Positions 53,398-64,000 of a stretch of DNA of 64,000 bases are shown piece after piece. Both the position numbers and the translations under genes were made by a program. Numbering within the stretch: the first letter of the stretch is position 1; every line of letters starts with the position of its first letter. The DNA is from Sphaerodactylus townsendi. Taxonomy: Eukaryota. The notes under the pieces are model-generated. The model saw only the letters and a program-made list of their open reading frames with translations, was not told the origin of the DNA and did no database searches. The stretch spans positions 99,696,001 through 99,760,000 of the forward strand of contig NC_059427.1 of NCBI RefSeq assembly GCF_021028975.2, read 5' to 3'.

Positions 53398-54841
53398 TGT
53401 GACGGGCAATGGAAAAAAAGGTTAATTTGAAGAGACAGTTCTGATAGAAGAGGAGCACAATGAGTTAACCCAGAACTCCCCCCCCCCCCCAATTGGCTGG
53501 CTGAGCTGCAGTTAGCTTTAAAGGCCAGAGGATGTATGCTTGTCTGAAGAGATAGGGACAGACACAGACAGAGATACAGAGTCAGAGAGACATCTGAGAG
53601 TCAGAGAGTCTGTCAGAAAGAGACTGTCATAACCAGAGCGAGGCGAAAAACAGTTTGCGAAAGGCAGAGTGCCAGAGAAAACAAAAAGGCTCTCAAAGCT
53701 GAGAGAAAAAGAAGATTAATTCACCAGGGGATAGACAGCCAGGTGTTGGTGAAGGAAGTCAGGAAGGACAGGGGGAGACCTATTCATGGGGACAATCGTT
53801 AGACCACATGAAGGGCTTAGTCTCTGAGGAGATCACCCCTAGATATGGGACTGGAGGGTCTCTGAGAGTGTGTGTTTTTATGATTGGCAGAGTCAAGATA
53901 GAGTTTAGAGAAACCCCACAGCTTGTTCCAGCCCAGTGTGATACTCTGAGGAAAGGGTGGGTGGTTTAGGCACCAGTTCAGAATCCGGGTAGGAAGGTTT
54001 ACCCTGAAGGAAGTAACAAAGTGTATGAAGATCTATTTTGAACTGAAACATTTTAACTGAAACAGCTAAAGTAAAATTTGTTAAGAACTGACTGTACCAT
54101 CCAAGTATTCCCTGTCTAAGGAAAAGAAAAGCGTAAAAACACTTTGTACAATCAAACTGAGAAATCCTGTAAATAAATTCTTGTTTGGTTTATTGTTAGG
54201 AAGCCTCACACTGATAAACTTTCCCTCAGAGGTGGCAGCATACGATTTCCTAACAGGATTATCCTAGGCCGTTTCCGCACGAATGCGGAAACGGCCGGGT
54301 CAGCGTTTCCGATGCCGACCCGACGACGCTGAGACCGTCCGCACGGACGGTCCTGGAAAGAGCCGGGCAGCCGGCGCCGCGGAGCGCCGGCGCCCGGCCG
54401 ACCTGGCATGTCCCCGGGTCTGGGGACATGCCCCCCTGGCCCTGCGCACCTGCTCCAGCGGCGCAGGGCAGGGGGGCGTGTCCCCAGGCCTCGGCGACGC
54501 GCCGGAGGCCCGGGGACAAGGTAAGTGCCGGGTGGGGGAGGCGTCTCAAAGCCGCTGCAGTTCGCTCGGCAGCGGCTTCGAGGCGGTGTTTCCCCAACAA
54601 GAACGCTTCCGAGTGCTCTGGGGAAACGCCAGCTTCACGGTGGTCGGGTGGCGCGAGGGCGGCGCAGCTGCGATGCAGCTGAGCCCCCTCTGCGAATGGC
54701 GGCCTGGAGACGGCATTTTTGCCATCTCCAGGCCGCCATTAAATGCCCGTGCGGAAACGGCCCTAGAAAGCTTATGTGTGCATGTGTGTGGGGTGTGCCT
54801 GGACTAACAGCTACCCTCAGCCCTCCTGTGTGTGCATCACA
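53398..54841 (+). mobile_element. Probable solo LTR, itself interrupted by the MITE at 54267-54762
   Basis: TGTGA...TCACA ends, GA-rich tract, AATAAA ~54172; interrupts an older repeat. The TSD is imperfect (TTGAG/CAGAG), so the right boundary is uncertain. Confidence 0.45.
54267..54762. mobile_element. Young CpG-rich Harbinger-like MITE
   Basis: Perfect 15-bp TIR GGCCGTTTCCGCACG; 3-bp TSD CTA (54264-66, 54763-65). Confidence 0.85.
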
Positions 54842-56119
54842 CAGAGCAACTATATGGGACATGGATACGGGCTAGGTGCTACACAAAATCAAAGTAACCC
54901 CCCCAAAAAACTATTATTATTGTTATTTAGATTTATTCCTCATCCTCTACAACAGTCTCAGGGTGGATTACAATAAAATCAGGGCAGGATACAATAAAAT
55001 TACTGGAGCAGATACCATTATCTGAAAAAAACAGAAACATGTACCCCACCGCCCCCAAACCCCCCACATTTTTGGCCAAATTAGTGCTGCAGTAACACAC
55101 AATAGTAACAATGGCAGTCTTTTGTCAATTTCCTCTTGCAAAACCAACTTCTCTTGTCAATTTCACTTGCTCCTAACTGTGGACATAGTGCCACCTTAAG
55201 GTTACATCACTAATCCAAGATGAAATTGATAAAACAAATACAATCAACCAGGGTTGTGTCTCCACCCTAACAACATATCTCTAACGTGATGTGACAAAGG
55301 TAATTGTTTGAAAATGGAGATGGGAAGGGTGTGGATAAGAGCCAGGTGTTTGGTGGAATGAAGAAATAAAGTTTGTTTCAACATGATCACATGCTCAAGG
55401 GAAGCTAGCTCAGAAACGAGCTGAGAAAAAAATTACAGCAAAAGTGCTAGAGAAAACACGAGAGGAAAAATGAAGGAAAAATGCTTCTAGAACCAAATCG
55501 AGAAAAAAATGTGGAATTGAAATAAAAAACAGCATTTGATGGCCAGATAAGTTGAAAACAACTTGTGTGGAAAAAGCCGTTACCTTCAACATTGAGATGC
55601 TTACTATATGAAAGGTTGCCAGTTTGAACTTGGGCAATAATTTTGCCATCTCATTTCCCATGAATATATATTGATGACAAATAGCTAGTATATAAATTTT
55701 GGAAAAACCCTGGGAGCCAAATGATTACAGTAATTATTTCAGAGCACACCCAATAAAATAGCCTGGGAGAATAAAGTGTTGACAACCCAGAGAAAGCAGC
55801 AGCATACCAAAGAAGATAACGTGTGTATTACAGTAAATGATGGTATGATTCATTTTGAGAAACTAACATGCCACTTCTCACCACAAAGAAACAGCACACT
55901 CCTAATTTGGATACAATCAATGCCAATTCTACTGGCATGATTTACAGTAACTTCAAAGAGCATCAGTCCGTGGGTTATAGTTGAACTAAATCAAACATAC
56001 ATAAGCATGCAGCACATAGAGCCAGATTATTAGACTACTACAGAGGAGGAATGGGGCTGCAGACCCACAGGGTCTGTAAGTTTGCTCCATGGGGGTATAG
56101 ATAGTCTGAAATGGATGGG

Positions 56120-56249
56120 NNNNNNNNNNNNNNNNNNNNNNNNNNNNNNNNNNNNNNNNNNNNNNNNNNNNNNNNNNNNNNNNNNNNNNNNNNNNNNNNN
56201 NNNNNNNNNNNNNNNNNNNNNNNNNNNNNNNNNNNNNNNNNNNNNNNNN
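56120..56249. other. Assembly gap (N run) inside a KCNIP1 intron
   Basis: Ns. Confidence 1.
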
Positions 56250-56414
56250 TTATTCTAATTATGGCTGTTATTCACACTTTTTAAAAGTACAGGATGTTCA
56301 CTTATGGATTTCTCATGGTCATATCTCAAAGTTTTCCTGCATTAAAAAATCTCCCTGCAACTAGAAATTAGAAAATACTTTTACTTTTCTCTATTCTGTA
56401 AATAAGCTCTCTAT

Positions 56415-56523
56415 GGCAGATTCCACATGGGCCAAAAACAGCAGTGTGAAAACAGTGTGAAAACGTTGTAAAAGGGTTTATACCGTTTTCACACCGCTGT
56501 TTTCAGCCCATGCGGAATCTGCC
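56415..56523. mobile_element. Small palindromic Harbinger-like MITE
   Basis: TIR ggcagattcc(a/g)catgggc and an almost fully palindromic body. Confidence 0.75.
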
Positions 56524-59500
56524 TAAATGGCAGATAGTTTGATGTGAAGTAGTACTGAAATGTGCAATTCCCAACAAAATAGTATAAAGGATAAAACAGC
56601 CCCCTATGCAAGCACTGGGACATAACTGACTTATGGAGTGATGTTACCTCATAATGTTTACTAGGCAAAGTTTGAGCCCCAGTGGCACAGGCTTTTCTGC
56701 CAGTGGAAAAGCCCTCCCTGGGGCACTTACCCTGGCGGAGGGGCGAAACTGCCAGTGTGCTGCTGCTGCCAGCCTCCCCCAGTGCTGAAATGCAGTGTGG
56801 GATGCTGCACCATTTTTTTTAAAACCATATTTTTGCCACACAATAAAAGGCTAGGAACTCATGAGCAGATACCTATTTCCTCAGATCCTTTTTTACATTA
56901 TCCGTTCTTCTGCTAAGCTAGATTGTTATGGGGTATCCCCACATGAGTTATTTAATTCTGCTGTCAGTGGAATCCTGAACAGAATTACACCTAAGTCAAT
57001 AGACGCCAATGGATTTAGAAGGATATAATTCTCATAGGATTGCACTGGACATTACATTTCTGAAATCAGTTGGAAGTAAAATTGAATCTGAGTTTTTCCA
57101 TAACAGTATATATACCACCAATAATCGCCATCTACACAGGCAAGATCCTACTACATGTTTGCCCAGAATAAAGTCATATTCAACAACATCACACTCTCTG
57201 TATTTTTTTGTTCCTCTGTGTGTGCATTTTTGCCATTAAGTCAAAACGAACTTAATTTTCTATCAATACCACTGCCATTTTCAATCTATTTTAAAATGCT
57301 GCAATGCATTGATCCTAGAGCACAGCAGGATAAAATGCTCTTGTTTTCCCCTGCGCCATTTCAAGTGCTGAAGCAGCCCCCTTCACTGCAATTATTTCGG
57401 CAAATCCCTCATGCAAATAGGACAAGTATCCCGGTGTACCCGTTTCTTGGAATTTAAACCACTAGTGTTCAATTGGACACCAGTGCAATGGAGGGTGGGG
57501 AGCCAATGTTACTTGGTTTCCAGTTGGGCTTTTGGGCTGGGAATGTGGTGACTGGGACCTTAGACTTACATCACCCAGCATGACTCCATTTAGCCCTCTG
57601 AAGGACTTACAGGCAGCTGGGTTGTTTAGCTGCCTCCATGCACTTCCTGAAAGCCCTCTTGAGGCAGTGGAGCTGATTGTGGATTGGGCTGTCCAATAAC
57701 CAAGGTAAGCACAGAACAATCAGTCACAAGAGAAATAACTGGCGACCATAAATGTTTTAAATATGACCATATGACCATATTTATTTTTTACATAGAAATA
57801 ATGCTAGTTGAATTTTATTGTTTTTGAATTCTGTTCTTTTCATTTTTTCGAAATTATTGTGTACATGTGCTCCTTCCTCATGGCTGCTTTTTAAGATTAA
57901 AAAGGATATCCTGAATTCCAATCACAGAACTCCAGCATCATATGTACTTTAATCCTTTTAAAGTCCAGATCTCAAGATATTTAATATCATTTAAAAATAA
58001 TTGCCAAGCATAAACTCTCAAAATAGTTTTTCACACATTCTTCTATAATTCAGAGCAGATCTTTACCAAACTTGGAGGTTCTTCTTAGGACAGTCATCTG
58101 AAGGTATGCTGCAAACATTTGATGCCTCTGCCTCAAAATATAGCTTTTCCAGAGCCCCACAAAAATTTCCCAAAGGTAAGATAAAGCTGAAAAATCTGGA
58201 AAAAATCTCAGAAAAAAAGGCTTTTTTGGTTTTCCCTTTTTATCTCCATTGAAATGATACCTCTTTTTTCTCATTCAGCATATCAGCACGTCTAGCTAGT
58301 GAAGCTGCTAGCATCCAGCTGGAGTCAAGGGAAACATTCGGGGAGGGGGGTGCAGTGCAATGGTGTTATATCACCGCTGGTGAAAACCTGGAGTGATGTC
58401 ATACCTCTATACAAATCACTGGAATCTAACTGGAATTGTTGGATTTATCATAGAGTTTCTGGCAGTTCCGAAGAGGCATGACACCATTTCTGTTTTTCTC
58501 AGAAGGTAACATCCTCACAACTACAGAAATTTATTAGTTTATTTTTCTCTTGCCAACTGACAGAGTGGTGTTGGAAGTGGGGGATGCCAGCAGAAGGTAT
58601 CCCACTGTGGAAGCAACTCTAGCTGCCAGATAAGCTTAAAGAAAAAGTGGAGGAACATGCAGGGACGGAGAGAGAAGAAATGACGCCTGGGGCACGACCT
58701 GCCCACATGCACCCCCTGCCCATGCCCCCACCCTGATCTGACCCCGCCATGCCCCTGCCCCTGCCCCGCCCCATCTGACCCCTCCCCTCCCCTCCCCACC
58801 CCACCCCACCCCAATCCACTCATGCCCTGAACTGCCCACATCCTGCCCATGCCCCCACCCCTGGGAGGGGGGCCTGGGGGTGTTTTTTTCACCACCACCT
58901 GCCCCACTGATGCTTCACCACTGGGAACATGTCACTGATGGGGGTCCTGGGCAAGCCTTTCTTTTCAGGATATCTTCCCCCAGCCCATAGAATTGCCAAC
59001 CTCTAGGTGGGACCTGGAGATCTCTCAGAATTACAACTGATATCTAGACTACTGAGATATCTAGACTACTGGAGAAAATTTCTGTTGTAGAGGGTGGAAA
59101 TCATAATATGCTGAGGGCTCTTCCCACCCCAGAGTTGGCAACCCTAGTCATCCCTTTGCTTGGCCTCACCTTACACTATGTTTATTGGTAATTGCTTCTG
59201 CTACCTTTTAGCCTTGCCACCATCTTTCCAGGCCAGAAGGCCTACCAGGAATTGCACCAGTAAGATTAACTGCCCTGAACACATTTATACGAATCTCTAC
59301 CTTCAGTTTATATTCTTATTTTTATGATGAATGAGTGCAACATGCAATCTTAACATGGGTTTGGGGACTTCAAAGAAAAAGGAAACAGATGTTTATCCAC
59401 AAGACGTTATGTAAAGCTGAACTAATCACACCAATAATTCTCAGCACGCACAAATTAATCAAGTAAAGGGCTGGATCCCGAAATTATTTTCACCAATTGA

Positions 59501-61451
59501 AAACAGAATGGTCATCTTATCTGTAGCAGTACAAGTAAATAACAAAATTGTAAGCTTTGTTTTTCCAGAAGCAGAATCTGAGATCATAGGACATTGAAAA
59601 GGGAAGCTGAAACAATAGTGGGTAATTTCGTAAGATCATGCAGATTGCCTTTTTAAAAATAGACATTGTTTCAACTTGACTTGTTAATCAATGATTCATT
59701 CCACACAGCACAACTAAGATGTCCTGAGGACCTTAAAAAGGGCATCTTGGGAAGGAATTCTGGACAGCTGTTTCCCCAAGATATCTTCAGGATGCCTTAT
59801 TTCTGCTCAAGGCGTCTTTTTGTGAGAATGCTTTAAAATGCACCTTTTCAGACTGCTTGTCATGTCAGCCCATTTTTAGCAGCACAGCCAAGAATATGTA
59901 CTCAATATGATACAGGAGCCCTGCCGAATGAATACTCATTTCATCCATAAGAAAATTCCTGATGTCATTGCCTCCACTGGTTATCTTCAGATACTCCCTT
60001 CTAACTTCTAACTAACTTCTTTTGGCCACCTTACAGTGTGCCCCATTGTTTCTCCAACAATCCACCCGGACATCTCCCAGAGGTTGGCCAGACATCCCCC
60101 AATGGTTGGCCTGATACCCCCAGAGGTGGTCCTTCCCCCTATAAATATCCTACCGCCCCCCCCCCAGGACACTGTCCAGTGCCATTGACATCTTTCTGTC
60201 TTTGTTGCTGTGCCCAACGTGTTGCATCCCCCTGAAACTAGACACTGGTTGTTTGGCTTTCAACCTTGGATCTTCTTCACTTCATGATCAAGTTGTATTA
60301 CCCATATACCCTACTACCATTTTTCTATTCCAAAATCTATTTTACAACCTATCTATATCTTAGGAACTCTGTGTGTGCATGTTTGCTTAATTGAATCAAG
60401 TGATTTTGAACCCCTTCTTTCTACAATAAAGATTATCAAATTTGCATTATATTCCTCTCTGTGGATTTTCTTCTGAGAGCTGATCTCCGTATATACTAGT
60501 AATAAAGGTTCCTTACCCAAGCCTCTTGCAATATTAAAAGCAGTCTGCTCTAAGCTAATATTCCCCACCATATTGAGACACTGCATCTCCACTTTGGGTA
60601 ACAAGTTTCACCCTCTGCTTATGCTTGACATTTTGTGTGCAGCTGAAGGGACTCTCCCTGCTGCCATTTGCTGAAGGCTTCCCAGGGAAGTCTGCTCTGC
60701 AGGTTCCGATCCTGGGCAGCTTTTCAACCTGAAAAGTACATAGTCATACAACCCATAACACCATCTTCCATTTTGAAAATACATGCTGATTCCGGTAATA
60801 TGTAGTTTTCCTATTTTTTAAAAAATTCAATGAACTATCTCTGCAGCTGTGCAGACATGAACACGAGAATTAGCCACTCGGAAGATGGGTCTACCACCCA
60901 TTGAAAAGCATGGGGTAGACCTGCCCTTTGTGGACCGACAGTTTTTTCTCACTGCACAGTGGCTTGTTATTTCGATATTCCTTGGTATTTCAATATTCCT
61001 GTAGTAGATCTATAACTATTTCAATAGTTCTTGTATATTTTAAGTTAATATTTTATATTTTCCCCTGTATTTGTGTTGCTGAGCATTTTCTGCTAGGATT
61101 TGCCTCTATTCAGCGTCCCTTCCTGCACAGTACCAGGGTGCTGAAGAACTGGTCCCTATAAAAGGTTGATCTGTTCCTAACACTTGTTTTTCTAATGGTT
61201 GAAAAGTTGTAATGTTTATGAGAAAATTATGTTACTTTGAGAGCTACACTGTCTTCAATATTTTTAAAAATGTCATAGTTACTCAAGAAGCTACACTGAT
61301 TTTGTCATTTACTAACGTGTACCATCTCCAGTTCCCTAACTGCAAACAAAAATAAGAGAGTTGTACTGTGATGCACATGCACATTGTGCCAATCCAGCAA
61401 TTTGCAAACCAGTTTGGGACTTATACGTATTGAGTTGTTTTCCTCACTGGA

Positions 61452-61572
61452 CCATTGCTTTCATATCCTGCATGTGAGCTCCCAAAGGCATCTGGTGGGC
61501 CACTGCGAGTAGCAGAGTGCTGGACTAGATGGACTCTGGTCTGATCCAGCAGGCTCTTTCTTATGCTCTCAT
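61452..61572 (+). mobile_element. 5'-truncated copy of the same LINE 3' UTR as 443-565
   Basis: About 110 bp near-identical match (ccattgctttc...ctgatccagcaggct...ttcttatg). Confidence 0.8.
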
Positions 61573-64000
61573 GATGATGTGGCCATGTAGTCAGTCTACT
61601 CTTAATGAAAATCTGGAACTTTTGCAGCTTGAAGTCACAGTGGGGAACAGAAACGTGCAGTTTGGGAGCCTCATCACAACACCATGAAGAACCTTTTGTT
61701 TAATTTTAATTTAATTTTATTCTATTTGTAGGCCACTCTTCCCCTTGTGGGCTCAGAGCAGCTTCCAACTTATGATTTTTGCTAAGTAATGTTTTTATAG
61801 ATCATGATTCATGCTATTATCAGTGCACTTCTTTATGAAATCAAAATTTGGAACTTCATTGACATTCAATTTGTAATTACTTAAAAGGCCTCACTAAAGG
61901 GTTCAGGAAATCAATTTTTCGATCCCTCCGGGTCTCCTGGAGTTTCAATCCCCTACAATGAAAACTGTGGCTCAGAGCAAAAGAATGTAATTATGAATCT
62001 ACCTGCTTTGCTCCAGTTTCAATGTAATTATGCATCTGTCTGCTTTGCTCCTTGTTTCAATGTTTTGCTTTTACAACTTATTTTATTTTTTAATTGATAT
62101 TTTTTTCAGGATTTTATTTCTAAGCTGCCTTCAGCAAGACTCTGGAGAGGTGGCATACAAATCTTGTTAATAAATAAATTTTCAAGCGGGCTTTGAAACT
62201 TGAAAAAAATGATTTTTTTTTAAAAAGAGGGGGTTAAACATCTGTACTATAGCATTAATGGAGATTAATGAATGAAATGCCAGCCCCATGGTTATTTTGG
62301 GAAGTAGCTTTTTTCATGGCACCAACTACTCACTTGTTCAGTGAGTGAGCAAGTTAACAATGCGCCATGAGTGCGCTCATCCTCAGAGCTAATATTGCTA
62401 TAATTACAGCTCATCTCCTGACTACAGGTTCCCTTGGAGAAAATGACTGCTTTGGAGGGTGGACTGTGTCCCATCCTGTCCTTCCCGGGCTCTGTCCTCC
62501 AAATCTCCAGAAATTTCCCAGTCTGGATCTGGCAATCCTACTGGGCATTGAGCACTGCCCAAGGAGGCTGATCCCTATCGAATGCCAAAATAAACTATAT
62601 CCTTCTGTTCATCACTGTTGATCAAATTTTGCCAAAAAATGTAGTTCTCGGGGGTGGGGCGGGGGCATGGTGCTATGTGTTTCTGCTCCTTCAGGTAATG
62701 GTGACTGCTCCAGGACTTGTTTTGACTTCCATTTTGTGTTAGTAGTTCTCAACAGTTGAAATGGAGGATGAGACATTTTTGAATTGCTACTTCAAAATGT
62801 AACTGTGAGGTACCACTAGAGCTGCTGTGCAAAAGAAAGCAAAAAGGGAAGGTTGTTCCTTTGTGTAATGGATTATATCCCATCACCATCAGGAATAACA
62901 GGTTTTAACAGCAATAAGTGTGGAATAAATGCAACTGAAGAGACAAGGCAGGGGGAATCCAAAATGATGGGGGGGGGGGGAGAGATGTGTGTAATGATTT
63001 CACAGAATACAACTACTTTTGATAGGTCACCAGGATTCTGACCTTTTGCAGCTCAACTAGGGAAGGGGGTGAAACACATCTTGGAAGCAGTGTGGCCCTG
63101 TGCTGATATGTTTGCCCACACTGACAGCATAAGTGGCACCTTAGGGCAAAGAGGGTGATGTGCAAATGCCACAAAGCTCTGCGGTGCCTTATCTTGAGGA
63201 GGCTTCCTCTCCCCCAGAGCCACGCCAACATAACTGAGGATGCTAGCACAGCTGAGGGTGGGCTAGGGGCATTCTCAGGAGTGGAGCCAACAGCACCAGC
63301 CTTTCAGCCTGGAAACACTCCCAATGTAGCCCTCCAGCATACACCACAATAACATGTGGTATAAATGTTTTTTCCCCAGCTCCTTGCTGCACCGCCTGGA
63401 CCTCCGTTGATGGTGGCATGGCACTGGCTTTGCTGTGCCATCCCCAGCTGCTGCAGAGCTCCTGCCATCTGGAATGGGCTGTTAAAATTACTGTTTCCTC
63501 TCCTGAGGTCAATGACAGACATAGCAATAGGAGGCTTTCTTTCTATATCCACAAAGAAGAACTTTTTTAGCCTGATATTAATCATTGTCAGTCTCCCCTG
63601 GCCCACAGTGGTTACATGTTCAAGGAACCACAGGACAAAGTTTCAGATGCGGCAGGATAAGATCTGTTGTTGGATTTGTGGTGTATTTCTACTCTCTGTG
63701 AGGACCATTTTGCCATGTATTTTACCACAGATTTTACTATGTAATTGGACCTAAAAACCCTCCTCACTACTTCCTAGAATCATGCAGATGGGCAAGTTGC
63801 CAGGATAAGAGTGCTCTATGGGAGTTGGATTAGGTGGTCTGCATGGAGTAGATGGCCCTTTTTTACTCTCTGCTTAATGCAGGATTAGTCTAGAGTAGGG
63901 GTGATGGTGGGGTTTGATTTTATTTTGTTTTACTGAAAATTTTCAGGTTTTTAAAATCTGAACCCTAAATTTACAGATAAAACTTATGGTGCTTACTTCT

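Noticed and set aside
54267-54762. CpG island or promoter with long GC-rich ORFs
   Set aside because: Fully explained by a TIR- and TSD-bounded MITE.
59505-59523. Minus-strand cag|ATAAGATGACC resembling the start of the missing KCNIP1 exon
   Set aside because: The translation diverges immediately (KMTILFSIG...) and hits a stop.
1-64000. Short ORFs of the six-frame track as stand-alone genes; prokaryotic systems such as operons or CRISPR arrays
   Set aside because: This is intron- and repeat-rich vertebrate DNA. The ORFs are chance or TE-derived, and no regularly spaced repeat-spacer array is present.

Overview
Vertebrate genomic DNA, inferred to be squamate (probably gecko-like) from its repeat families. 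It is not prokaryotic, so the ORF track is almost entirely spurious. The real host gene, invisible in the ORF track, is the 3' part of KCNIP1 (KChIP1) on the minus strand. It has six GT-AG coding exons of 70, 71, 108, 105, 63 and 48 nt (48536 down to 32593) that splice in frame into 154 aa ending ...DDNIMRSLQLFENVM*. A full-length 6.4 kb Ty3/Gypsy chromovirus of the Tf1/sushi type sits antisense in one KCNIP1 intron (36585-42998), with LTRs, a TTCTC TSD, a PPT and gag-PR-RT-RH-IN-chromodomain motifs. Its PBS is not tRNA-like but is an exact 11-nt complement of a site in its own LTR about 30 nt downstream of the TATA box, which is the signature of self-primed reverse transcription. The rest is intronic or intergenic DNA. 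It carries CR1, L1, tRNA- and 5S-derived SINEs, hAT/Harbinger/Tc-mariner MITEs, LTR-like relics, a Penelope-like fragment with an inverted, broken hammerhead ribozyme, and two assembly gaps. Family names come from recalled motifs, not from database searches.
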